From assembly GCA_977017575.1 (NCBI GenBank), contig CDRNVI010000030.1, positions 930,001 through 994,000 on the forward strand: DNA of 64,000 nucleotides, written 5' to 3'. This document shows positions 7,576-18,990 of the stretch, piece by piece. The notes under the pieces were generated by a model. The model saw nothing but the letters and a program-made list of their open reading frames with translations, did not search any database and was not told the origin of the DNA. The DNA is from Paramoeba atlantica (taxonomy: Eukaryota; Protista; Discosea). The translations under genes and the position numbers were made by a program. Each line of letters begins with the position of its first letter. Within the stretch, counting starts at the first letter, position 1.

Positions 7576-8747
7576 CGTCCACCGTGAGTCACAAAGGTCC
7601 TCGGGGTAGTGCAATTTGGCGCGAACGGTATGTTTTCCCCGATCAGGGCTAAAACGAACCGGAATAAAATCACGAATGTGGTGCCAGGCTCGGTCCCACA
7701 TGGAATGTCAACATGTAAATAAAATATGTATATCCTATCTTTGGATCAGAACCAATGATTATATAGTGTGTTTGTTCAACAAACCTGTATGTTCAACAAA
7801 CGAAGAGATGAATAGATATTAAAAAATCGTACTTTATCGTACAATGACATTCTTCACCCTCACACTTCGTCTTGTTAAGAAGACGACGCCGGGCTTGAGA
7901 CCGGTGACAAGCGTGTTTATGAAGTCTGTGATAATGTATCTTTATCGTTATCGTTATCTTTATCATTTTTTTTTGCAGATAATAGGGGGGGAAGAGTATG
8001 AGTTCTAACTTTCTATGAATGTACGGTATCACTTTCTTACTTACTTTCCTACTTACTTTACTTCGCCCGCTTCTCTTCCTTATCCCCCCCCCCAAGCAAC
8101 CATCCGCGACTTCCCGACTTCACCCGCTTCTTTCCCTCACTTCCCCCTCCCCGAGCATCCATCCGCGCCTTTCAAACTTTGCCCTCTTCTTTCCCTCACT
8201 GCCCCCCAAGAATCCATCCGCGCGTGCTCCACCCCTTCTTCCAGCAATGCGCGCTTCGGACCGGGTCTCTCGACCTCTCCACGGCCTGGCTTGGGAACCC
8301 TTCCCTTGTTATACGGGAGGGCGCAGGCGCGGGCATGTGCCGACAGCGGCACGGTCACGAAGTTGGGTTTTGATCGCCGGATTCGGATGAATGTTCCGAA
8401 TCCATACCTATCTCACATTTTTTTTTGTTGTCCGCCCCCGAGCCCATTAGCGCACGCCCCTACGGTACCAGTTTTGTTTATTTAGTTTCAGTTTTGTTTG
8501 TTTTTTTGTTTATTTTTGCAGCATTGGTGGTTTGTCGCTTTTTTTGTAGGGACCCCCTGATATCCCCCATGAAAAAATATGCTTTTTTAGATCATTTTCT
8601 GGAAAAGAGACAATTGTTTACATTTTTCCGCTCAATTACCTTTTTTTATTTTGCTTTTTTATCCGTTTTTGTTCATTGTTTCAGCATTGGATAGTCTATC
8701 CCGTTTTGTTCATGGGTGCGTTGATTTTCTGTCCTGCCATCCCCGCA

Positions 8748-8843
8748 ACTACGCCATTCGCCATCATAACTACGCCATCGTAATCACCCTACGCCATCGT
8801 AATCACCATAACTCCATCATAACTACGCCATCGTAATCACCCT
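8748..8843. repeat. Degenerate short tandem repeat (CTACGCCATCRTAA / ATCACC)
   Basis: About six variants of ctacgccatc in 95 bp. Confidence 0.8.
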
Positions 8844-9097
8844 CACCCCGCTCAAGCACCCCCATCCACCCAAACACCCCCTGCCCCCTCCAACCACCCT
8901 CCCGAACCAAATAGTATTTGGCTCAGACAAGTATTTAAAACTTGTTACTGGGGGTCAGCCCCAAAAGGGCCGAATCTCTGTTACTGGGGGGGCGGGTCTA
9001 TTACTGAGGGGCATACGGTAGATAAAAAGGCAAGTGAAAATTTCTGAAAACTAAGATTACCACAGACTCGTATGGTACATTGCACGTAAGGCAAACA

Positions 9098-10522
9098 TTA
9101 TAGTGTTGGTGGCGAATAATCCGTTATTGTTTTGATAAATCCAGGAGCTGTAAACATCGAAGTTGTGAGAATTCGAATCCTAGGAAAAAGCTTTTGCCCA
9201 TCCTCTGATAAGGTACGAATTAAAGCGAGCTCTTCCCAAGAGAGCCCCCCTAAAAAAAGTATTGTTACATTCATGGCGCTTTCGTTATTTGTTTCTTCAA
9301 GATTGGTATTAAAATTTCTAGAAATGGTAGGAATGATGCAATCAAGGAATTTATTCAATTCGGATAACCCAGCAAGAGATGCGCGCAGCATACTAAGAAG
9401 TAGACTAAACGTGGTATCGTCTTCATGTTGTGTGAATGAGCACTTCGCATCTTGAGATTGATTCTTTTGTCCTTGTACCCATTGCGCAAACCGGGTTTGT
9501 GAAGAAAGTAGTGTTTTACTGTTCCTTTCTGCCATCCAATGCGGTATTCCCTCTCTGTTGCGCCGTAGCAGAAGGAGTTTTTCCATCCTTTGTACACTGC
9601 TGATTACATGTGGCGTGCAGAAGCGGCGTGTAAGAAGGTGAATACTTTTGTCGTATAATTCGGTTGTCCAATTTGAGGAGTTCAAGTAAACCAGCGAAAG
9701 TAACCGAAGTGACTCACCTAGGGATTTTGTCGCTAGTAGTACATCCTCTAGCCTACGCCAATCAATGAAATCTTGTGAAGCGAACTGAAATGAATTATTT
9801 CGTTCTCTCTTATCTAGAATGCTTTGAAATAATTTTGTATGCACTTCTAATTCTTCTTTATACTGTTGCCACGCAGGAACGACCTGTACAAAATCACGCA
9901 ATGCGGCAATTTCTGATTGAAATTTCTCTGGCCGAAAGGAAGATTTGATGTCCACACATGCGTTTTCCAAAACTTGAGGAACTGCGGTAATATTAAGATC
10001 ACGGAGATCGGCAAAAAGTGTTCTGCATTGAGATGTCTTTATTTTGGCTACCTTTGGAAGTAACGTACTACTCGTCAGCCCATGGACTTTGGATGTCAAA
10101 TGTTTGGGAAAATCCTCGGTAACCATGCTCTCATGTAAGGAAGCAAGGTAAGTATTAGGATCTCTTAGGAACGTATACATATCCAAACAGCGATCCACTA
10201 CGAGGAGCGTTGACGATCGGCAAGTTTCTCCTCGATGTCCGGTGTCCCGAGTCTCTACATTGTTGCTGTCTTCCTTCTTCCCTTTCCGAACTTTGTCGAA
10301 TGCATCGACTTGATGAAGCTGCTCCAAATACTCCGCCACATATACAGCCTGAGAACCTACTGCCCAAATCGATTCGTATCGTTCTCCGGTCTCTCGCTCT
10401 AACTGCAAAATGGCACGTGATACCTCATTAAGAGCAACCCAGCAACCTGCATAAGAAGTGTGTACGTAGAAGGAGGACTCTTCTAAGGACAGGACGCTTT
10501 CATCTACGGAGGTAAAACGCAT
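9098..10522 (-). CDS. Sec1/Munc18-family protein, Vps33-like, short at the N-terminus
   Basis: VLSLEESSFY, LLVVDRCLDMYT and the C-terminal ILFLGGLSWEELALIRTL..RIRILTT match Sec1-family motifs. Confidence 0.7.
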   Translation of the reverse strand: MRFTSVDESVLSLEESSFYVHTSYAGCWVALNEVSRAILQLERETGERYESIWAVGSQAVYVAEYLEQLHQVDAFDKVRKGKKEDSNNVETRDTGHRGETCRSSTLLVVDRCLDMYTFLRDPNTYLASLHESMVTEDFPKHLTSKVHGLTSSTLLPKVAKIKTSQCRTLFADLRDLNITAVPQVLENACVDIKSSFRPEKFQSEIAALRDFVQVVPAWQQYKEELEVHTKLFQSILDKRERNNSFQFASQDFIDWRRLEDVLLATKSLGESLRLLSLVYLNSSNWTTELYDKSIHLLTRRFCTPHVISSVQRMEKLLLLRRNREGIPHWMAERNSKTLLSSQTRFAQWVQGQKNQSQDAKCSFTQHEDDTTFSLLLSMLRASLAGLSELNKFLDCIIPTISRNFNTNLEETNNESAMNVTILFLGGLSWEELALIRTLSEDGQKLFPRIRILTTSMFTAPGFIKTITDYSPPTL

Positions 10523-11800
10523 GTATATTTCTTCTTCTGCAACGTAAGAATCAAAGTCAGGACTGAATATAAGAAAAATGGGATATTAAAAACCAAACCG
10601 TAGACCCCTAGTAAGAAAATGTGCTTTGGGTCAAAATTCTCTTTCTGGGGGGTATGCTTTTTGGGCCAAATTTCTCCTTTCTCTCAACTTTTCTGACAAA
10701 GTTTCTTTTTCTTTTCCACGTTTTTTCTCCCGAAAACGTGTTAAAACGCTTATTTGGGTTACCCCTGAGGCCCCCAACATGCGGACACCCACCACCTACT
10801 CCCTATAAACCTCCTGTGGGTCTCCCGAATCAAATCTTTCTTACTGGGGGTCAGCCCAAAGAGGAACAAATCTCTTTTACTGGGGGGTCGACGGTAATAC
10901 CGGTACCACCTAATCGTACTGGGGTATGTCCAGGATATCGTATATAGGGAAATAAAGAGATTTGGCCCCTTTTGTGCTGACCCCAAGTATTAGAGATTTA
11001 GCTCGGGGGCTGGCTGACCTGGGAGGTTGTGTGGGTGAGGGTGAGTAAGAGATGGGCGGGTGAGGACGGCTGAACTGCGGGGTTGACTTAGCAGAAAATC
11101 AACTTCCTTACATGTCGTCGGATACAATATCATATAAGACAATGAATTGGGTCGAAAAATGGAGGTAAAATAATTTCAAAATTTGCAACTACCAATGGGA
11201 CACTTGTTAAATTGTGGAGGAACGTAAAAATTGCTCCGGACGATCGCTGGAACAGCAAAAGACTCTTCGGACGAGAAAAACATTCCTCTCGACGGTTCCG
11301 CCCAATCCGTGGCTTTCAAGTGTTCCGAGTTTTTGAAGTACCATTGTTCTATTTTTCGCAGTGGATATCTGATTTAGACCAAAGGGAGTGTAGAGGTATC
11401 ACTTTTCCCATCCTAGTATTAGTATTTTTAACCTTTTTACACATACCTACCTGTATGTATGATATGCATTTATCTCACACATGTGTATGTATTCTGTATG
11501 CACACATGCATCTGTATGCATTCGTCATTTTTCTTCGCCATGTTTCCTGTATTTTCTTGCATGCTGTCTAATTCATAGTAATCGAGAGTGGATCAGTAGT
11601 TACAGACTACTGCACATTTGTTTATGCTCTATAACTATTTTAGAGCCTTGTATTTTGGATACCGCGTTGTGAATGCAGTATATTCACAGTAAACTAACCG
11701 CTCATTTAGATTTCACTTTCGATATCGATGACCCAATTGCAATCGTGATAAAGATGAGAGAATAATGCCTTTTTCGGATATCTTTTGCAGGCAGATTCTC

Positions 11801-13174
11801 TTATTCTGCTTTTGATACTTTTTTCGACTTTATTGTTTTGTATATCATCTCTATACGGCGTCGATGCTCCATTTCTACATCTGTAATCCACACTAGTCGA
11901 CCGAGTCGACTGTATAAAGGAGATATTTTTGAAGACCGTTTTCTTGTAACTCCTTTCGATGTTTTCATTGGAATCTTGTTTTCGTTTAACTCTACGTCGG
12001 GCAGCTCTGGTGGAGCTTCTTCAGACATAAGAAAAACGAAACCTGATTCAAAACTACGACAAATGGATGAAAAGTAACGAGTCGCGGACGCGGCATTATT
12101 ATCTTCATTGCACGGATCTCGAATGAGTGGTCCGCGATTTGAGTCGTCTGTCTTCTTTATCAGCGAACCGCCTTTTGCAATACGAATACCTACATTTATG
12201 AAATTGCAATAACTTCCGTAGTAGCGTAGCAAATCAACGAGCAACATACCAAGCGTTACTCTTCGGCGTTGAGAGGGAGGAAGTAAGTTGTATGGATGGT
12301 GCTGCAGAAAACTAACGACTAATAGTGCCGTGGCATAACTACCAAGACCACCATAATAAGTTTCGTTCATTCGTCGTCGTTGAAGAAAATATTTGAGAAA
12401 AATAATGAGCGGGTAGGACGCTGGATATGCCCGAAGCATTTCACGAATGATCTCTGTGTTCGCTAGTCCTTCTTCTGAATTTATGCTAATATCAATACTG
12501 AAACTAGTAAGTGCGTCTCGGTAGCGAACGATTGGCACACGAGTATTCAAGATTAGTTCGGGAGCCACATGCTCACAAAGTTTTGCTGCCTTAATCTCGT
12601 CAGCAAGGTCCGCCAGAGCCTCGTTGACAGGTGCAGTTACATTGCTGATACACAAATCAACGTCACTCATTGGAAGGAGAAGTTTTGTTTTCAGACTACC
12701 AAACGCTTGCGTGACACTTTCGGGCCACAGCTTTTTGCAGATTTTTGAGACCGTATCAACTATGTGCTTTCGGACACCTGTTTCGGCCTCCGTAGGACGA
12801 ATGTATCGTACGAAATCAATGAGTTCTTGATGCAGAGCTACCCACTTGTCTTTTGAGTAACTTGACGTGATCCATGGAGCTTTGCGGCGCTCATCTCTAG
12901 TAAGATTCGTTGTGAGCTTATTGCACTCATCTTCATCGTGAAAAGAAGTGTCCTGTACATTAGTTTTTGATTGAAAAAGTTTGTCAGATAGCGTAGCCAG
13001 TTGCGCTTTGACTTTTTCTGTAATGGGGGGAGTCGGCAGAGTGTCATCTCCCTCAAGCGCGGGATCGCTTTGGAGATCCCGATGTGCAGCAAAACGTTCG
13101 AATAAGCTCACATGCGACATATTAAAAGGATAGAAAACGTAAAGATGTCGAAAGCATTTTAAAAATAAAAACAT
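11801..13174 (-). CDS. Non-canonical poly(A) polymerase, Trf4/PAP2 (TRAMP) family
   Basis: LHQELIDF..YIRPT, FGSLKTKLLLPMSDVDL nucleotidyltransferase signature, RVPIVRY, and YYGGLGSYA. Confidence 0.9.
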   Translation of the reverse strand: MFLFLKCFRHLYVFYPFNMSHVSLFERFAAHRDLQSDPALEGDDTLPTPPITEKVKAQLATLSDKLFQSKTNVQDTSFHDEDECNKLTTNLTRDERRKAPWITSSYSKDKWVALHQELIDFVRYIRPTEAETGVRKHIVDTVSKICKKLWPESVTQAFGSLKTKLLLPMSDVDLCISNVTAPVNEALADLADEIKAAKLCEHVAPELILNTRVPIVRYRDALTSFSIDISINSEEGLANTEIIREMLRAYPASYPLIIFLKYFLQRRRMNETYYGGLGSYATALLVVSFLQHHPYNLLPPSQRRRVTLGMLLVDLLRYYGSYCNFINVGIRIAKGGSLIKKTDDSNRGPLIRDPCNEDNNAASATRYFSSICRSFESGFVFLMSEEAPPELPDVELNENKIPMKTSKGVTRKRSSKISPLYSRLGRLVWITDVEMEHRRRIEMIYKTIKSKKVSKAE

Positions 13175-13310
13175 GATGGTTTTCAGTTTTAGTTTGAAGT
13201 ACCTAATTCCCTTTGTTACTTGTTTCGTCTACGAGGCATGGGCCTCTATTCCTATTTCTTGTGTGTGGGAAGACAACCGAGTCCCTTATTCCTTAACCAA
13301 CAATAAGTGA

Positions 13311-16300
13311 TTAGACCTTTGAGCCCCATGGACTACGGCATGTTGGACAAGTGCGTAAAGTACTTTTCTGAAACCAATCTATCAGACACCGGCGATGGAA
13401 CATTGAATGGGTGCAAACCTTACAGGAAAGCTCCGGAAGAGTGCGGGACTCAGAGTGTACAACTGCGTAACATATAGGACATGGTTCCACACCGTCAAAG
13501 TGTTTCCGAAGATTCGATGTCCACAGCTCAATAATGTCCCACAGAGACATACTCTTCGAGACAAGAGCTACGCTAATCCGAAGCAACCACTTTCTTAGCA
13601 CCTCTCTGCGAACCCCGACGAGAACGCGGTGAGTATCCATATTCATCACTGTCGCCTTCAGAGGCTGAAGTGGATAGATTTCTGGATATTCAAACCGTAT
13701 CTCAACCTTCTGGCCGTCCGCTTCAAAGATCACGACAACCGCTTCCGTAAACACGCGAATGGTTGTGTTTTCCAAAGCATGAGAAGTATCAAGAAGTTGA
13801 GACCGTACGTGGGAAAGCTCCTGCGTGATAAGTATCGGAGAACAGACCGAACGAATGGTAGAGCGCAAATAACTTTGTATGTGTGAGGGAAGATCTGTAT
13901 ACCATGAACGTAATGACAACGGAAGCACTTTGGCGAAACGGTACAACACAAAAGAACTTAGTTCACCCAGAGAAATATCGGGAGTAAAATATTTTCGCAT
14001 TCCTGTCGTGTGAGAGAAAAATTCGACCGCTTGGGTAGAATCCCTATGTGACGTGAGTATGAGTAAGAGTTTAACTAGCAAAGTAAAGTCAAATCTCTCC
14101 AAGTAAGAAACCATTGCCTCGCGACACGATGTTCTATGTTCGTCTTCTATCCATTTTAAGAAAAGCAGCCAAATCACCAGATATACATGCAAAATATCAG
14201 TGTTCAGAATTGACTGAAAAGCGCTTTTAACTTCTTGAGGCGAAGAGAATCGAATTTCTTCAGCGAAAGGAACAGTTTCGAGTAGCCGTTGCAACATGTC
14301 CGAACATTCTGACAACGATCCGTCCGAATTTAGCATGATAGGCTTTGTTTGAAACAAAGAAAAAATCATTAGAAAATGCACCTCGATATCTTCGACTGAA
14401 CGCTCGTCCTCTAACTCCCATTTTAACATTCGATGTTTCAAGCCTTGAAGGTAGTTCGACACCATCCAAGGCATTTCGTGCCACACAGAACTCATACACC
14501 CCAAAAGCGAATCAGAGACAAGTACGCTGGAACACATGCTAATGGCACCAGCTATTCTTCGCCGAGTATACCATTCTAGTGTCGTTGCTAATCCCAAAGA
14601 ATACACTGCTAGAAAGTAAAGCGTGCAAACCATTATGAAAGCAGCAGTACGTCGATTCGATATTGATTTTGTGAATAAATCTTCCTTCGTGCTCAATGTG
14701 ATGATGCATTCACAAGATATGTACACCAAGCAAGAGTACGTTTCATCACATTCAGAAACGAATCCATCAAAGGAATGTGCACGATTCACACTCAGAAATG
14801 CGTTGTGCATTCTGAATAAAAGATCTAAAAGATGGGCATCGTGATGTCTGGCGCAAACTCCTACAGCATTTTGAAGTCCGACGAATGCTTCTAGACAAGA
14901 GATATAGTGAAGCGCTTGTTTGCTACAAGAATTCCAGTCTTGCACATTAAAATTTCGACTATGACGCAGCAATCGCACTCCGAGACCGTCCAAAGACTCT
15001 ATGCGCGTTTTGTAAGTATTAATCGCGCGTGTAAATTGTCGTATTTTGGCTCCATTTCCGAGCCATTGCTCATTTTCAGTTGCAATCTGAGTTAACAAAG
15101 TTTGATCCGAGATATAGGAGCTCATAGTAGAAAATCTGCTGATCAAGTCAAGGATTGCACCATACTCCTTGTGTTTACGCATCTCCCAAAAGTGACGTGC
15201 GATTGAGTTGTGCCAGTCATGGAGAGAAAGATTTCTAAACATCCACACAAGTATCAGAGGATCTTCATTAATGAATAAATTAGCATGCAAGAAGGTTTTA
15301 ATATCAACAGAGCAAAGCTTGTCAAGGTAAGCTAGTAGTGGACCCATACCTTTTGAAGGAAAAAGGTGACTTCGATAGGGAACAAGAGACAATAGAATTG
15401 ACGCATTCTCCTTGGTTACGTTTTTCTCTAGAACACCACATATGCGCCCCAGCTTTCTTCTGACCGGTTCCGTATGAACAGGCATCTCCGATACTGTACT
15501 CGTCGTCAGCGGCCAGAACATTAAGGCTTCATCCTGGATTCGCACGATCGATAGACTATCGACGGATGTCGTGACAATCTCTCCAAGCTCATGGGTGCAG
15601 AAACATCGCTCGACAAGCCGTTCTATTTGCTCTGAAGAAAGACAGCAGTATTTTGTTTCAAGCACCTCCAACAAAATATTCTTGTGCTCAGGTTTGATTT
15701 GGGTCATAATATCATCAACTAGTGTACTTGCGGCGGAAACGTTTTTTGAAGTTAAGGCTGCGCGAAAAAAACTAGCTTGGATGGAAGCCCATGAGGCTTC
15801 ACCAGAAGGATTTTGCTTGAGATATGGATGTACTCCAAGCAAAACGTTCCGTTCGATATCTCCTTCATCCAATGCTTCCAATATTACTTCCTTCGCCATA
15901 TCAATTGTATTGTCTTTTTGAAAAATCATTAAGCAATGAAAGACGGAAAAAGATTTTATTTTAGCGAGAAGATCCGTCTTGCTTTTCACAGAGGCGAATG
16001 CTAAGTCGAGTAGCACATGTGATCTTTGTTTTTCTGTGACTGAAGGTAATTCTTTCGCACTTAGTTCGGAGAATAACCGAACTGATTCTACAGAGAGATC
16101 TTGAAACGAACTTGAGTCTAGGAAAGTAGGCTTGGCAAAAAGAACACTTATCAAGTCAGCAGTATTTTGGTACAAAACCTCGTCCCCCAAAATCGAAATA
16201 CCAATATCACGGATTTTACTGTTGGGTACAGCTTTGTGCGAACATTCACTTAACAGCGAAGAAATCACTTTGACGCACCTAGATAGTACCATACCATCGA

Positions 16301-17624
16301 GATCGCTATTTTTAGAACAAATTTCAGAGGAAGAGAGATCAAAAGGAGCGCAACATTTTAAGATAACATCTTCAACAGAGTTTCCCACTTCATCACTGAA
16401 TAGATTTCTCTGAGATCTCAATATGATCTCACAAAGTCCAAAAACGTGCCTTGAAGTACTTGATGAGATGTTTCCGCCTAGAAATGCGAAATCATGTATG
16501 ATTTTAGAGGCATAAGAGGACACCAGCAGAATCCATAGTTCTCGATTATGAAGTGATGAACTGTACGAAACAATGTTTTCACACGCTTTCAGACAGATGT
16601 CCTTGTTATTCGATGTGCACTGACTCGCATACTGTTCCATCGCAGTTATCCAACTTAAAATTTCTTCGCATGTAACTTGAAAGGCTGTGTGCTTATCTTC
16701 TACAAAATCAAGCAGAGCACAATGATCCTCCGTTACGAAACCCGTGATTCTAATAAGTGAGGGTATGGCGTTACGCAGACTCTCAAAAAGATCTTGATGT
16801 GATACCATTGCGAGCGAGAGAATGGTAATACTCGATGCTGAGACCAGGAGTTCAGTCCCGAGTTCGTAACTATGTACTGCATTTTTCAGAAGATGCGTGG
16901 CGTCCGCAACGGCGGAACTTGACGTAGGTATCATCATTGTGCTGAGCAATTCCAAAAGAGAGCTCCTACTCTCAAAGCCGATGTCGCACTTTTGCTTGAC
17001 GTTCAAGTAGAATTCCATTAGAGAGGACCCCAAAGAAGTTTCTTGGTTTACGACTTTTAGCCCACGTATAATGCTGCTGCGTAAATTATCCAAATAGGCT
17101 TCAATTTCATCAATGCTAATAGAGTTTCTTTCCTTGAGATACTGAGGTGTATGTTCCTCAAAGAGTCTAGTAGCAGTTGCAAGAATATGGACGCCGAAAT
17201 GTGTCAAAGCTACATGTGCCTTTTCAACACTCTTAAACGCTATGGACCAGGACAACCGTGCGATTTCGCAAACCTCAGTTTCCTTATCGAATTGAGCGGC
17301 AATCCACCCGAGTATAATATGTTTTATATGTGATGCTACTTTCAGCTTTGCTTCAACTGAGAACTCTAAAATTTGGTGTAAAATTTGTTGTATACGTTTT
17401 CTTACTAAACGATGAGGATGCATCCAATGCTCTTCGTAGGCCAGACAAAAACTTTGAACATTTTCAAGTAGAGACCCATTTCTCTGGGCAATACATACAC
17501 TGATTTCGTTGAGTGATCTTAACTTTGTCACACTGTCCCTCTTTGCAAGTTTGCGAAGTGCTAATCCTACGAAGCAAGATGTTGCAGTCTCGGAAAAATC
17601 GTTTTCAAGAAATAGTTCTTCCAT
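13311..17624 (-). CDS. LTN1: E3 ubiquitin ligase listerin (ribosome quality control)
   Basis: N-terminal LRKLAKRDSVTKLRSL, an RWD-like region (FEYPEIYPLQP), and the C-terminal RING HFDGVEPCPICY..C..C..FH..CL..WF..S....CP.CR. Confidence 0.92.
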   Translation of the reverse strand: MEELFLENDFSETATSCFVGLALRKLAKRDSVTKLRSLNEISVCIAQRNGSLLENVQSFCLAYEEHWMHPHRLVRKRIQQILHQILEFSVEAKLKVASHIKHIILGWIAAQFDKETEVCEIARLSWSIAFKSVEKAHVALTHFGVHILATATRLFEEHTPQYLKERNSISIDEIEAYLDNLRSSIIRGLKVVNQETSLGSSLMEFYLNVKQKCDIGFESRSSLLELLSTMMIPTSSSAVADATHLLKNAVHSYELGTELLVSASSITILSLAMVSHQDLFESLRNAIPSLIRITGFVTEDHCALLDFVEDKHTAFQVTCEEILSWITAMEQYASQCTSNNKDICLKACENIVSYSSSLHNRELWILLVSSYASKIIHDFAFLGGNISSSTSRHVFGLCEIILRSQRNLFSDEVGNSVEDVILKCCAPFDLSSSEICSKNSDLDGMVLSRCVKVISSLLSECSHKAVPNSKIRDIGISILGDEVLYQNTADLISVLFAKPTFLDSSSFQDLSVESVRLFSELSAKELPSVTEKQRSHVLLDLAFASVKSKTDLLAKIKSFSVFHCLMIFQKDNTIDMAKEVILEALDEGDIERNVLLGVHPYLKQNPSGEASWASIQASFFRAALTSKNVSAASTLVDDIMTQIKPEHKNILLEVLETKYCCLSSEQIERLVERCFCTHELGEIVTTSVDSLSIVRIQDEALMFWPLTTSTVSEMPVHTEPVRRKLGRICGVLEKNVTKENASILLSLVPYRSHLFPSKGMGPLLAYLDKLCSVDIKTFLHANLFINEDPLILVWMFRNLSLHDWHNSIARHFWEMRKHKEYGAILDLISRFSTMSSYISDQTLLTQIATENEQWLGNGAKIRQFTRAINTYKTRIESLDGLGVRLLRHSRNFNVQDWNSCSKQALHYISCLEAFVGLQNAVGVCARHHDAHLLDLLFRMHNAFLSVNRAHSFDGFVSECDETYSCLVYISCECIITLSTKEDLFTKSISNRRTAAFIMVCTLYFLAVYSLGLATTLEWYTRRRIAGAISMCSSVLVSDSLLGCMSSVWHEMPWMVSNYLQGLKHRMLKWELEDERSVEDIEVHFLMIFSLFQTKPIMLNSDGSLSECSDMLQRLLETVPFAEEIRFSSPQEVKSAFQSILNTDILHVYLVIWLLFLKWIEDEHRTSCREAMVSYLERFDFTLLVKLLLILTSHRDSTQAVEFFSHTTGMRKYFTPDISLGELSSFVLYRFAKVLPLSLRSWYTDLPSHIQSYLRSTIRSVCSPILITQELSHVRSQLLDTSHALENTTIRVFTEAVVVIFEADGQKVEIRFEYPEIYPLQPLKATVMNMDTHRVLVGVRREVLRKWLLRISVALVSKSMSLWDIIELWTSNLRKHFDGVEPCPICYAVVHSESRTLPELSCKVCTHSMFHRRCLIDWFQKSTLRTCPTCRSPWGSKV

Positions 17625-18054
17625 TTTGCGCTACTACAAATTTTGTACTTGCCAGGTGAAGATACTGTATTTCTCTGCTAAATAGTTGAACATAAATAGA
17701 AAAACAGTAGAAAAGAGTTCACGATCTTTAACAGTTTGCACCACTTAAAATACAATTTAGGCTGCATACTTATAAAGCATAGCATTCATAGCCATCAAGT
17801 TAGAGAACACAGGAACTCTACTTTAAAGATTGAACTACACAAATAGGAGAAGTTTGTATTAAAAGCGCCCATATTATCTATACTCCATGTACCCATAGTC
17901 TCCCATAAATTTACGTATCTAGCTATTTTCATGCTTTTACACATGACTCTATGCGCTCATGCATATAAGAAAGTTTATAACTTAATAAATTGTAAAACTT
18001 CTTTTGCCTCATCGCAACATAAAAAAAGTAAAGTGTGCTCATATTTTAGGTTTT

Positions 18055-18708
18055 CTACTTTGTGTGTGACTCATTTAGCTTTGATAACATACGTTCCCGA
18101 TTTTCCACATTGAGCTCATCGAATAATGTCATAATCGCATTAAACATTGCCTGTTGTTCATGCTTCGGCTCACCCGTAGGGGTAAGAGCCTTTTGCTCTG
18201 TGGTATTTAATGCCTCGACGTCAACGTGTGGACTCGTTCCATCAATACCTGGTACTTGAACATCTGATGATGAAGAAAGAATATTGATGATATCACTGGA
18301 GGTAAGATTTTTCGCATGTTCCCTCTCCTCAGGGGTAACGTCAATGTTATCCAATTTCTGAAGAGAAGGACAACATCGTATAGTAAACGAACGGTAATTT
18401 TCATTTTTCGTGCATGGATTGTCGCACAGCCACAACACACGTAGAGGAAGAGAGCTTAGATATGCCACTTGGGCGAGATCGGAGACGTTATTCTTCCTAA
18501 GATACAATTCCTTCAACTGATTGCACTTTCGAAGGGGTCTGAGCGAGTGCACTTTGTTTACGCTTAAAGACAACACTTCCAAGTTTTGTAATTCCTGTAC
18601 AATTTCAATATTATCAAGTTCCTGACCCCACAAGCTAAAATTTCTAACCTTCAAGAGCGACCCTGCCTTTGACTTGTCTAAAATGTCTTCTGCAGAAAGA
18701 ATGGCCAT
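18055..18708 (-). CDS. CFAP410: LRR protein CFAP410/C21orf2 homolog
   Basis: LWGQELDNI..LEVLSLSVNKV..L..LKELYLRKN..LRVLWLCDNPC..YR..LQKLDN and the C-terminal AIMTLFDEL helix. First ATG at 18708. Confidence 0.8.
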   Translation of the reverse strand: MAILSAEDILDKSKAGSLLKVRNFSLWGQELDNIEIVQELQNLEVLSLSVNKVHSLRPLRKCNQLKELYLRKNNVSDLAQVAYLSSLPLRVLWLCDNPCTKNENYRSFTIRCCPSLQKLDNIDVTPEEREHAKNLTSSDIINILSSSSDVQVPGIDGTSPHVDVEALNTTEQKALTPTGEPKHEQQAMFNAIMTLFDELNVENRERMLSKLNESHTK

Positions 18709-18990
18709 GGTGCTGTAAAACTCTATTTTTAATATTGTATTGTACCACGTCAGTTTTTTAGGTTTGCAAAACAAAGGAAAAAATAAATAAATAAATTTAG
18801 TTTCAGAAACAAGAACTAAAAGTAGCTTAAAACAGATGCAGATTCAAAAAAGTGTAAAGCAGTGTATCTGCTACTAAGTAAGTAAGTGTACTTAGTACAC
18901 TGTACGTACCTACATGCTGTCTATGTACAGTGTGTATCTGCTCTATGTAGAACGACCAGGTGCAACGTAGTCAAAATTTCTGGACATGCT

